Assembly (NCBI RefSeq): GCF_037013405.1
Contig: NZ_CP146064.1
Span: forward strand, 600,001 to 632,000
DNA: 32,000 nt
From: Candidatus Nanosynbacter sp. BB002
Lineage (GTDB): Bacteria > Patescibacteriota > Saccharimonadia > Saccharimonadales > Saccharimonadaceae
Reading direction: 5' to 3'
In this document: positions 24,871-32,000 of the stretch, in pieces
How positions within the stretch are numbered: the stretch's first letter is position 1
Layout: each line of letters begins with the position of its first letter
Program-made: the position numbers and the translations under genes
The notes under the pieces: model-generated
Databases searched by the model: none
The model's input: the letters and a program-made list of their open reading frames with translations, nothing else
What the model was told of the DNA's origin: nothing

Positions 24871-24903
24871 AAGTTACGATAATTCCCATCCATAAAGGGC
24901 ATC

Positions 24904-26661
24904 ATGGATCCATATTTTTACACAGAGAAACCAAAATACCGACCACACGACATCGAAGATGCCTCTGAATTTTATGACATCATTGAGCGCAGTAGTCTGA
25001 CTCATCAACTGTCTGACTCCAGGCCGTACATCTACTGGACGATGGAAATTTACGACAAAGCCAATGGCATCAAAGGTGGCGGCGGTTTGGGCGTGCTGGC
25101 AGCAGACACACGGCGGGTGGCCGAAAAATTAGACGTGCCGTTTGTGGTAGTCACGCCATTTTACCGCAGCGAATCACACCAAAAAATTACCAACCTCGAG
25201 CAGGAAGAATTTTCAGAAACTGTCTCACCACAAGACTATGGTTTTGAGTACATTGACGACGTGTCCGTCAGCTCACGCGGTTTTCCTGACGCCAGTTTGA
25301 GCATCTTCAAAAAGGCACTTGGTTCGACGCAGTTTGTCACCATCTCAGAGCCAAACTTTGGACAATTGTACGAAGGTGAAGGCTCGGGCGATCACCGACT
25401 CTACCAAGAAGTGGCCCTCGGGTTTGGCGGCTATAAAGCCCTGAAACTGCTCGGCATCAAGCCGGCCGTCATCCAGCTCAACGAAACCGCAACCATTTTT
25501 GCAGCATTGGCTCGACTGGACGAACTATGTGCCAACGGCATGAACCTGTACGAAGCAATCGTTTACGTACGCAAACACACACTCTATACCAACCACACGC
25601 TGCTCCAAGCGGCTGAACCAGAATTTCACCGCTCACAATTTGAAAAATTAGTGCTGCCAAATCTCAAAAGCAACGCCGTGCGCTGCTGGCTGATGGAACA
25701 ATTTCGTAATGATCGCTTGCGGCCAAACTTGTTGGCAATTGAGCTAACCGAAGCCAAAAATGGTGTCAGCAAACTGCACGCCCGAGTGGCAAATTTCCGC
25801 GACCGCAACAACGACAAAGTCAAATTCCACGCCATCACCAACGGCATCGACCTGGAAACATGGGTGCTACCGGAAATCATGCAACTCTATAGCGAGAGCG
25901 GGATTATCGATAAGTTTGGGCTGCCAACAGATAATTTCCATGCCAAAATTGATACGTTAACTGCGTCAGACCTCCGCGCCATGCACCGCGCTGGTCGCGC
26001 CGCTTTAAACCGTGTGCTAGAGCACCGCAAAGATCAATACAACCATCCTGTGCAAATACCAGAAAATGCACTGTTGTTTGATTTCAAACGACGCTTTGCG
26101 AACTATAAGCGGCCGTACATGCCGTTCACCAACCCTAAAGCGCTAAGGCAAATTTTGGTTGATTATAACGCGCACTACATTTTGGCGGGAAAAGTCCACC
26201 AAGGCGACACTGTGATGTATCAACGGCTGCTTGAAATTTTACAATTGGTAGACGCTGACCCGATCTTAAAAGAGCGCGTTCACTACATCCAAGATTATGA
26301 CGAGGAGCTGGGCCGGGCGCTGGCAGTTGGTTCAAACATCGCTATCAACGTACCAGAAGTTGGCTGGGAGGCTTGCGGTACCTCATGGGAAAAAGATATT
26401 GCCAATCTCAAATTGCTCATTTCCACCAGCGATGGCGGCGTGGCAGATATCAAGCCAATAGCCTGCCTGGAAGTTAGTGGCAAAAACTACGACGAAGAAG
26501 TTCGTTCACTGTATCTCAATATACACAAAGCCGCACGCATCATGCAAAATGATTCACTGCTGGAAAAACTAACTCATCGCCAGCTCAAAGCGTACCTGCC
26601 GATCATCTCTGGCGCACGCATGATGAAAGATTATCTCCACTTTTTGTTCCCAAAGCGGTGA
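24904..26661 (+). CDS. Alpha-glucan (glycogen/maltodextrin) phosphorylase family protein, short GT35 form
   Basis: 585 aa. Motifs are GGGGLGVLAADTRR (canonical GGLGxLAGD), GVSKLHA, ITNGID, AGKVHQGD and a PLP-Lys region EACGTSWEKD (canonical EASGTSGMK). Confidence 0.82.
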   Translation: MDPYFYTEKPKYRPHDIEDASEFYDIIERSSLTHQLSDSRPYIYWTMEIYDKANGIKGGGGLGVLAADTRRVAEKLDVPFVVVTPFYRSESHQKITNLEQEEFSETVSPQDYGFEYIDDVSVSSRGFPDASLSIFKKALGSTQFVTISEPNFGQLYEGEGSGDHRLYQEVALGFGGYKALKLLGIKPAVIQLNETATIFAALARLDELCANGMNLYEAIVYVRKHTLYTNHTLLQAAEPEFHRSQFEKLVLPNLKSNAVRCWLMEQFRNDRLRPNLLAIELTEAKNGVSKLHARVANFRDRNNDKVKFHAITNGIDLETWVLPEIMQLYSESGIIDKFGLPTDNFHAKIDTLTASDLRAMHRAGRAALNRVLEHRKDQYNHPVQIPENALLFDFKRRFANYKRPYMPFTNPKALRQILVDYNAHYILAGKVHQGDTVMYQRLLEILQLVDADPILKERVHYIQDYDEELGRALAVGSNIAINVPEVGWEACGTSWEKDIANLKLLISTSDGGVADIKPIACLEVSGKNYDEEVRSLYLNIHKAARIMQNDSLLEKLTHRQLKAYLPIISGARMMKDYLHFLFPKR

Positions 26662-26665
26662 GATG

Positions 26666-28189
26666 TTATTCGTTGATGACTTCAACTTGCGCACCCAAGC
26701 GATTCAGGCGCTGAGCCAGATCTTCGTAACCACGGTTGATGGAGTACACGTCGCGCAAGGTTGATTGGCCTGGTGCTGCCAACATCGCCAAAAAGACGAC
26801 AACACTTGGTCGAAGTGCCGGTGGCGCGATGACGTCGGCTGGTTTCCAATTGGTCGGACCGCTGATATACACTCGGTGTGGATCGACCAGCTCAATTTGT
26901 GCATTCAGTTTGCTTAGTTCGGTAAAATAAATTGCTCGATTTTCATAACTCCAGTCATGCACCAAGGTCCTACCTTCAGCCATGGTAGCGATGAGCCCTA
27001 AGAACGGTAAATTATCCATATTAATCCCCGGAAACGGCAGCGCGTGAATCTTGTCCTTTGGCGCAACCAGCTTGGAGTGTTTCAGCGCGATGTCCACCAA
27101 ACGAGTACGGCCATTGTCGGCTGGGTATTCCTCGCTCAACTCGTACCGCAAGCCCATTTCAGCCAAGGTTGCTAGCTCAATTTCCAAAAATTCAATTGGC
27201 GCTCGGCGCACTATGATCTCCGAATCAGTCACCACGGCTGCCGCGATGAAGCTCATAGCCTCAATCGGGTCTTCAGACGGTGCGTATTCAACAGGTTGGT
27301 TGATCGATTTTTTACCGGTGATGGTCAACGTAGTAGTGCCGATGCCTTCTATCTTCACGCCTAATTTTTCCAAGTAGAAACAAACGTCCTGCACCATGTA
27401 GTTTGGGCTGGCGTTGCGGATGATGGTCTTGGTTGGTGACAGTGCCGCTGCCATGATGAGGTTTTCAGTCACCGTGTCACCACGTTCAGTCAGAACAATA
27501 GTGTGATCACCTGTCGTGGCATCAACTGTCGCGTGATAGCTGTCTGGTTCCGCCTCTACGTGCATCCCAAAGTGCTTCAGGCCTGACAAGTGCGGTTCTA
27601 CGGTGCGCTTACCGAGATTACAGCCACCAGCAAATGGCAAACGAAAGTCATGATATTGATGCAGCAGTGGACCGAGAAACATTAGTACAGTGCGGGTGCG
27701 CTTGGCAGCTGCGATATCCATGTCTTCTAGCCTCAGCCGAGCTGGCGGCGTGATTTCCAAGTCATTACCTGCTAGCCACCGTGTTTTGACACCGATGGAA
27801 TTAAGCACTTCGATGATGCGGTTGACCTCTTCGATGCGCGACACCCGCCTCAGTGTCGTTTTACCTTTGTTGAGTAAACTGGCGCACAGCAAAGCCACTG
27901 CGGCATTTTTACTTGTTTTGACGTCGATACTACCAGATAGTTTGTGTCCACCCGAGACACGGAAATTAATCTTGCCGGTTTTGTTAAGCAACATAATATT
28001 ATGGCTCAATACCTCCGAGATGCGCGACAACATTTCAAGACTCAAGTTTTGTTTACCGCTTTCAATACGATTGATTGCACTCTGAGACGTTCCCAAAGCA
28101 TCGGCTAATTGGGCCTGTGTCAGATTTTTTCGTTGACGATTTTCCGCAATGAGCGTACCGATCTTTTGGATGTATCGATCTGTATTCAT
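26666..28189 (-). CDS. murA: Fusion protein: N-terminal XRE-type HTH domain + full-length UDP-N-acetylglucosamine 1-carboxyvinyltransferase (MurA)
   Basis: Residues ~15-65 (RKNLTQAQLADALGTSQSAINRIESGKQNLSLEMLSRISEVL) are a classic XRE HTH. The remainder aligns end to end with MurA. It has VKTSKNAA (the K22 position), PFAGGCNLGKRTVEPHLSGL (E. coli PGGCTIGARPVDLHISGL, catalytic Cys kept) and the C-terminus YSINRGYEDLAQRLNRLGAQVE. Confidence 0.88.
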   Translation of the reverse strand: MNTDRYIQKIGTLIAENRQRKNLTQAQLADALGTSQSAINRIESGKQNLSLEMLSRISEVLSHNIMLLNKTGKINFRVSGGHKLSGSIDVKTSKNAAVALLCASLLNKGKTTLRRVSRIEEVNRIIEVLNSIGVKTRWLAGNDLEITPPARLRLEDMDIAAAKRTRTVLMFLGPLLHQYHDFRLPFAGGCNLGKRTVEPHLSGLKHFGMHVEAEPDSYHATVDATTGDHTIVLTERGDTVTENLIMAAALSPTKTIIRNASPNYMVQDVCFYLEKLGVKIEGIGTTTLTITGKKSINQPVEYAPSEDPIEAMSFIAAAVVTDSEIIVRRAPIEFLEIELATLAEMGLRYELSEEYPADNGRTRLVDIALKHSKLVAPKDKIHALPFPGINMDNLPFLGLIATMAEGRTLVHDWSYENRAIYFTELSKLNAQIELVDPHRVYISGPTNWKPADVIAPPALRPSVVVFLAMLAAPGQSTLRDVYSINRGYEDLAQRLNRLGAQVEVINE

Positions 28190-28195
28190 GCCGGC

Positions 28196-28204
28196 AGTAT
28201 ATCA
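28196..28204 (-). promoter_or_regulatory. Extended -10 box TGaTATACT, 6 nt upstream of the HTH-murA ATG 28189
   Basis: The reverse complement of 28196-28204 is TGATATACT. It is followed by GCCGGC and then ATG, with no SD. It overlaps the palindrome TATATCA-N4-TGATATA (28198-28215). Confidence 0.45.
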
Positions 28205-28225
28205 CAAATGATATAATAGTACAAA

Positions 28226-28234
28226 TGGTATAAT
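28226..28234 (+). promoter_or_regulatory. Extended -10 box TGgTATAAT for glyA (leadered; SD AGGAGA at 28245-28250)
   Basis: tggtataat is followed 10 nt later by aggaga, then 7 nt, then ATG 28258. A second TGaTATAAT lies at 28209-28217. Confidence 0.55.
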
Positions 28235-28257
28235 GAGGTCATATAGGAGAAATTGAC

Positions 28258-29526
28258 ATGAAAGATCAAGCAATTGAACGACTCATCACTGCGGAAATTG
28301 AGCGACAGCAAGCAGGGCTAGAGCTCATCCCCAGCGAAAACTACGTTTCACCAGACGTGCTCAAGGCGCTCGGCAGCGTATTTACCAACAAATATTCTGA
28401 GGGTTATCCTGGCCGACGATACTATGGCGGGCAGCATAACACCGATCAAATTGAGCAGTTGGCGATTGACCGTGCCAAGCAATTATTCGGCGCTGATCAT
28501 GCCAATGTCCAGCCGCACTCTGGCGCCCAAGCCAACGAGGCCGTATATTATGCGTGGTGTGAGCCAGGCGACACCATCCTGGCGATGGATTTGGCGCACG
28601 GCGGACACCTGACGCATGGCGCACCAGTCACCCGCTCGGCCCGTGAGTATAATTTCGTCCGCTATGGTATCAAGGATGTCGAAACTGGCGAAATTGACTA
28701 TGAAGAAATTCGCCGTTTGGCGCTAGAATATCGGCCAAAGATCATCTTGGCAGGCTTTTCGGCTTATCCGCGGGAGCTAGATTACGCCAAGTTTACCGAG
28801 ATTGGCAACGAAGTTGGCGCTATGTTGATGGCGGATATGAGCCACATCGCTGGATTAATTGTCGGCGGCGTAGCTAAAAATCCGTTTGACTATGGCTTTC
28901 ACGTTATCACCACTACCACACACAAAACCCTGCGCGGTCCGCGCGGTGGTTTGATCTTGTCAAAAGGCGTCGTTGGCAATCCGTTGAAGCGACCAGAAAA
29001 AACTTTGGAAAACCTGCCAACGCTCATCGACCGGGCAGTCTTCCCTGGCACTCAAGGTGGTCCGCATATGCATACCATCGCTGCCAAAGCGGTGGCTTTT
29101 GGTGAGGCACTGCGTCCAGAGTTTGCAGCGTACGCCCAGCAAATCGTAAAGAATGCGGCCGTGCTGGCAGATGAGCTGAAACGCGGCGGCTTGAAATTGG
29201 TAACAGGTGGCACCAGTAACCACTTGGTGCTGGCAGATGTTTATGGCAGCTTCGGCATTGACGGTAAAACCGCTCAGGAGCGACTGGAGGCCAGCGGCAT
29301 CACCGCCAACGCCAATGCCATCCCGAATGACACCCTGCCGCCTTTCCGTCCAAGTGGTTTACGGCTTGGCACACCAGCAGTGACAACACGCGGCATGACA
29401 GAGGCGGAGATTAAGCAGATTGCTGAGCTGATTATTGCAGCAATTCAGACCGATGACCCGAATGTCCATGCTGAACTCAAACAAAAAACTGGGTCTTTAG
29501 CGAAGAGTTTTCCGCTTCCTTACTAG
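28258..29526 (+). CDS. glyA: Serine hydroxymethyltransferase
   Basis: 422 aa. Motifs are LELIPSENYVS, the GYPGRRYYGG region and the PLP-Lys motif VITTTTHKTLRGPRGG. Confidence 0.96.
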   Translation: MKDQAIERLITAEIERQQAGLELIPSENYVSPDVLKALGSVFTNKYSEGYPGRRYYGGQHNTDQIEQLAIDRAKQLFGADHANVQPHSGAQANEAVYYAWCEPGDTILAMDLAHGGHLTHGAPVTRSAREYNFVRYGIKDVETGEIDYEEIRRLALEYRPKIILAGFSAYPRELDYAKFTEIGNEVGAMLMADMSHIAGLIVGGVAKNPFDYGFHVITTTTHKTLRGPRGGLILSKGVVGNPLKRPEKTLENLPTLIDRAVFPGTQGGPHMHTIAAKAVAFGEALRPEFAAYAQQIVKNAAVLADELKRGGLKLVTGGTSNHLVLADVYGSFGIDGKTAQERLEASGITANANAIPNDTLPPFRPSGLRLGTPAVTTRGMTEAEIKQIAELIIAAIQTDDPNVHAELKQKTGSLAKSFPLPY

Positions 29527-29542
29527 AATCTCAATATACATT

Positions 29543-29569
29543 AAAAATCCCGGTGATCCCGGGATTTTT
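29543..29569. terminator. Bidirectional rho-independent terminator between convergent glyA and the pilin gene
   Basis: aaaaatcccgg-tgatc-ccgggattttt is an 11-bp perfect inverted repeat whose A/T runs supply a U-tract in both directions. Confidence 0.8.
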
Positions 29570-29588
29570 AATGACTGCATACGTCAGA

Positions 29589-30017
29589 CTAACATTTACC
29601 AGTAGTAATGCTCTTTACACCAGCAGGATCGTTGTTACCAGCAACTTGCTTGTAGTACTCAACTTTGACACCAGAAGGTTTACCACCGTCCTGACATACC
29701 GTGTACTTGTATTTGTCGTGGTCAGTGTTTGGGTCAGCTGTTGCACTAACCTTGGTTGTATCAGCAGCTGCACCGCTTAGTTTGACAGTCTCAAATGTGA
29801 GAAGGTCTGAGTGTGCAGGCCACGCGTCTTTCTCTGAGTTGTAAGATGCTGCTGCGTTGACGAGGTTGCGTGCGTTTGATTGACGTTCGTCGTCACGTGC
29901 TTTTTGTGTCACACCGTTGTAGGCAACGATTGAGATTGCTGCCAAAATCGCGATAACAACGATCACGATCAAGAGCTCAACAAGTGTGAAACCTTTAGTT
30001 TTGTTTGAAGAAATCAT
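29589..30017 (-). CDS. Type IV pilin (probable major pilin), prepilin N-terminal cleavage/methylation motif
   Basis: 142 aa. The leader MISSNKTKG is followed by FTLVELLIVIVVIAILAAISIVAYNG (G|FTLxE class III signal). A C-terminal Cys pair (C...GKC) is consistent with a D-region disulfide. It has its own promoter and SD-like GGGGG. Confidence 0.88.
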   Translation of the reverse strand: MISSNKTKGFTLVELLIVIVVIAILAAISIVAYNGVTQKARDDERQSNARNLVNAAASYNSEKDAWPAHSDLLTFETVKLSGAAADTTKVSATADPNTDHDKYKYTVCQDGGKPSGVKVEYYKQVAGNNDPAGVKSITTGKC

Positions 30018-30061
30018 TTCTGATTTGCCCCCTATTTTTGGTTAAGTTATTAACAATTTTG

Positions 30062-30090
30062 ATTGTATCAGAGCGGTTTTAAAAACACAA
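30062..30090 (-). promoter_or_regulatory. Candidate promoter of the major pilin gene
   Basis: On the minus strand: TTGTGT (30085-30090), 17-nt spacer, TGa + TACAAT (30062-30067). That gives a ~45-nt leader to ATG 30017. Confidence 0.5.
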
Positions 30091-30098
30091 GCATTTTA

Positions 30099-30749
30099 TC
30101 ATTGTGCGTTGAGTGACCTGGCATACATGATGCCAGTGTAGCTGATTTCACTACCTGCAACTTGGCGTTTAGCGGTCAATTTAATCCTGACAGCGCTCGG
30201 TTCAGAACTGGAAATATTGATATAATCAATCTGTAAATCAGTTGCAGAATTTGACGACATCACGGTTTCTGTCTTTGGACGCTGCCAGGTATTTGGCGAC
30301 GTTTGGCACGCATTCATGGAAACTTTTCTCATGAGCTTTGAGCCGGAGACTGAATACTCCAGGTTGTATGACAAGGCTTCTTCGAGAAGTAGCCCAGCGC
30401 TCGCCACTGAACAATCCTTTTTAACCAGCCGCCGGTCGGTTGCTAGCGGGTTTTTATTGGTGACAAAATTATTGGTACTTAGCGCAAATGATGAATCAGG
30501 ATTGATAACCAGACTAGTGCGCACATCTTCTTCCATACGGTCCAGTACAGCCTGCACTTCGTTTTGTAGCTGAGAACGAGCAGTCGTGCGCATGGACTCC
30601 GTCGTCAAACTGATGACGATGCCGACGATACCCGCCAAAATGATGATCACCAGTGGCGATATCACCAACATCTCCACCAGCGTAAACCCGCGCTGATACT
30701 TACTGTGAGACATAGACCGCATGAGAAACTTCCTTTGCTGGATTGTCAT
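30099..30749 (-). CDS. Prepilin-type minor pilin / pseudopilin
   Basis: The motif is ...SKYQRG|FTLVEMLVISPLVIIILAGIVGIV. The true start is probably an internal ATG (30722 or 30713), giving a short basic leader. It overlaps the end of the upstream pilin gene. Confidence 0.8.
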   Translation of the reverse strand: MTIQQRKFLMRSMSHSKYQRGFTLVEMLVISPLVIIILAGIVGIVISLTTESMRTTARSQLQNEVQAVLDRMEEDVRTSLVINPDSSFALSTNNFVTNKNPLATDRRLVKKDCSVASAGLLLEEALSYNLEYSVSGSKLMRKVSMNACQTSPNTWQRPKTETVMSSNSATDLQIDYINISSSEPSAVRIKLTAKRQVAGSEISYTGIMYARSLNAQ

Positions 30750-31074
30750 ACTTGGCAGTGGCCGTCACGCGCATCACGCCAACGTTTGGCTGAACACGGC
30801 AACGCTTGAGCGTGATATTTACCGTTCCGAGCAGCGCATTGTTACGAGTGATGGTCTGTTCAGGGTGAGATGAACCAAAACAGAGTTGCGATATCTCTTG
30901 ATAGGTGCCTTCAGACCGCAGCACTTCGTACGCCAAAGTGCTAGCCTCCGATAATTTGCGGGCATCGCTACCGCGAAACACTACCACCTGGTACAGCTGG
31001 TAGCCACTGATGATAAAAAGTGATGCAACAAACAATGTAATCATCAGCTCAACAACCGTAAAACCTTTTTTCAT
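30700..31074 (-). CDS. Prepilin-type minor pilin / pseudopilin
   Basis: The start is set at MKKG|FTVVELMITLFVASLFIISG (ATG 31074). It shares one nucleotide with the upstream stop (TGATG). The ORF track extends 9 codons further upstream. Confidence 0.8.
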   Translation of the reverse strand: MKKGFTVVELMITLFVASLFIISGYQLYQVVVFRGSDARKLSEASTLAYEVLRSEGTYQEISQLCFGSSHPEQTITRNNALLGTVNITLKRCRVQPNVGVMRVTATAKYDNPAKEVSHAVYVSQ

Positions 31075-31664
31075 CACCGGCTTTTCTCCACTATTTTCCA
31101 CTCAAGGGGCTGCCCCTCGAGATGATACATGATGATATAGCCCTGACATTCGTCAGTCAAGGTGATACAGCGGTTGCCTGAACGGTTGATAGCAAAATAC
31201 GCGTACGCACCGTTGGCGTAACCTGATGGTTTATGAGTATTGTAGTCGCTCGTATACGACATCAGCATTGAACGATTTAGTGGGGTCGAGTGTGATCCAT
31301 ACTGCAAAACACCAGCGGAGACAAACTTCTCTCCTGGCAGCGGACCCTTCTTTGCAGCATCTGGTAGTTCGGAAAATATTTGATCGAAAAGTGCGTCAGT
31401 CATGGCGCTACCGCCCGCACCATTGACCGCATGCGCTGGATAGCTACCAGCAGATTTGATGATATTGTTTGACGAGTCGCGCAGTTCGCGAGGATATAAT
31501 GATTCTAGATAATTTTGAATGGTCGTGATATCACCCTCACGCGTTTTGTCACGAGTTGAAACTTGATATGACCGAAAACTAACGGTACCGATGGCTAGTA
31601 AAATAGCCATGATAGCCATCACGATAATCACTTCCACAACCGTGAAACCAGTTCGTCGACTCAT
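31074..31664 (-). CDS. Prepilin-type minor pilin / pseudopilin
   Basis: 196 aa, beginning MSRRTG|FTVVEVIIVMAIMAILLAIGTVSF. Confidence 0.82.
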   Translation of the reverse strand: MSRRTGFTVVEVIIVMAIMAILLAIGTVSFRSYQVSTRDKTREGDITTIQNYLESLYPRELRDSSNNIIKSAGSYPAHAVNGAGGSAMTDALFDQIFSELPDAAKKGPLPGEKFVSAGVLQYGSHSTPLNRSMLMSYTSDYNTHKPSGYANGAYAYFAINRSGNRCITLTDECQGYIIMYHLEGQPLEWKIVEKSR

Positions 31665-31701
31665 AGTATAAGCATAACCAGAAATGGTCGTCAGTGCAAG
31701 C

Positions 31702-32000
31702 CTATAATTCTAATGGCTCTTGCTCAATGCGGACGTGAAATTGATCATACACTGCCTGGATGATGGCTTGGCGAGCAGATTCGAGGTCATGATAGGTTGC
31801 GGCATGAGGATTGGTCAGTACTAACGCGTTTTTGTCATGAATTTTCATGTTGTGAAGCTCTTTGCCGCGGAAGCCCGCTTGATCGATCAGCCAACCAGTC
31901 GGAATTTTATAAGTCCCATCTGGCATAGCGTAGTTTGGCACATCAGGGTGAGTTTGACGAATCGCATCCAGCATCTCTTGACTGACCATGGCATTCTTAA
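31702..32000 (-). CDS. murB: UDP-N-acetylenolpyruvoylglucosamine reductase, C-terminal fragment (continues past the right edge)
   Basis: HPDVPNYAMPDGTYKIPTGWLIDQAGFRGKE...ALVLTN matches the MurB C-terminus (E. coli [29 protein letters not shown]...ALVLIN). The frame stays open upstream of the ORF-track Met, through to position 32000. Confidence 0.8.
   Translation of the reverse strand, partial: KNAMVSQEMLDAIRQTHPDVPNYAMPDGTYKIPTGWLIDQAGFRGKELHNMKIHDKNALVLTNPHAATYHDLESARQAIIQAVYDQFHVRIEQEPLEL

Noticed and set aside
31665-31701. A leaderless-type promoter for the first pilin gene (TGCTTATACT immediately abutting ATG 31664)
   Set aside because: The -10-like hexamer touches the start codon (0-nt spacing), so transcription would start inside the gene. 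Co-transcription with murB is more likely. No claim is made.
1-32000. CRISPR arrays, rRNA genes, IS elements
   Set aside because: No regularly spaced direct repeats, no rRNA-like conserved stretches and no transposase-like ORFs or terminal inverted repeats were seen. The only repeats are two short in-frame tandem duplications and the 21-nt paralog relic match.

Overview
Dense, mostly minus-strand chromosomal segment. Hand-counted 60-nt lines give about 55% GC outside one island. Gene content is that of a reduced, Gram-positive-like genome: type IV pilin genes, RpfB/YabE-type wall hydrolases, a minimal lower-glycolysis operon and many small membrane-anchored proteins. This suggests a Saccharibacteria/CPR-type organism, but that taxonomic call is inference only. 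Order, left to right: alaS (5' fragment); rpsP; operon metG-tatD-two hypotheticals-cysteine desulfurase-DUF218-mnmA; operon pcrA-RpfB-like-G5/3D-rsmA-pgeF; operon pyk-pgk-tpiA plus a 521-aa acidic disordered tail-anchored protein; a ~3.5-kb AT-rich island (17.45-21.0 kb) next to tRNA-Glu; a small tail-anchored protein; a cytoplasmic histidine kinase with a divergent single-domain response regulator; folD; a tRNA cluster (His, Lys, Arg, Gly) enclosing an unexplained ~440-bp segment; a short GT35 glucan phosphorylase; an XRE-HTH::MurA fusion; glyA; four prepilin-type genes; murB (3' fragment). The island carries three divergent paralogs of a membrane-anchored protein, a 5' relic of a fourth copy and a small BamE-like membrane protein. 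It is the best candidate for something undescribed. Other points worth a second look are the HTH-MurA fusion with a palindrome at its promoter, the disordered protein translationally coupled to tpiA, the inter-tRNA segment, and a recurrent TGnTAnAAT box 6-8 nt upstream of operon-first start codons. That box implies leaderless mRNAs and corrects several ORF-track starts. No CRISPR array, transposase, integrase or rRNA was seen.
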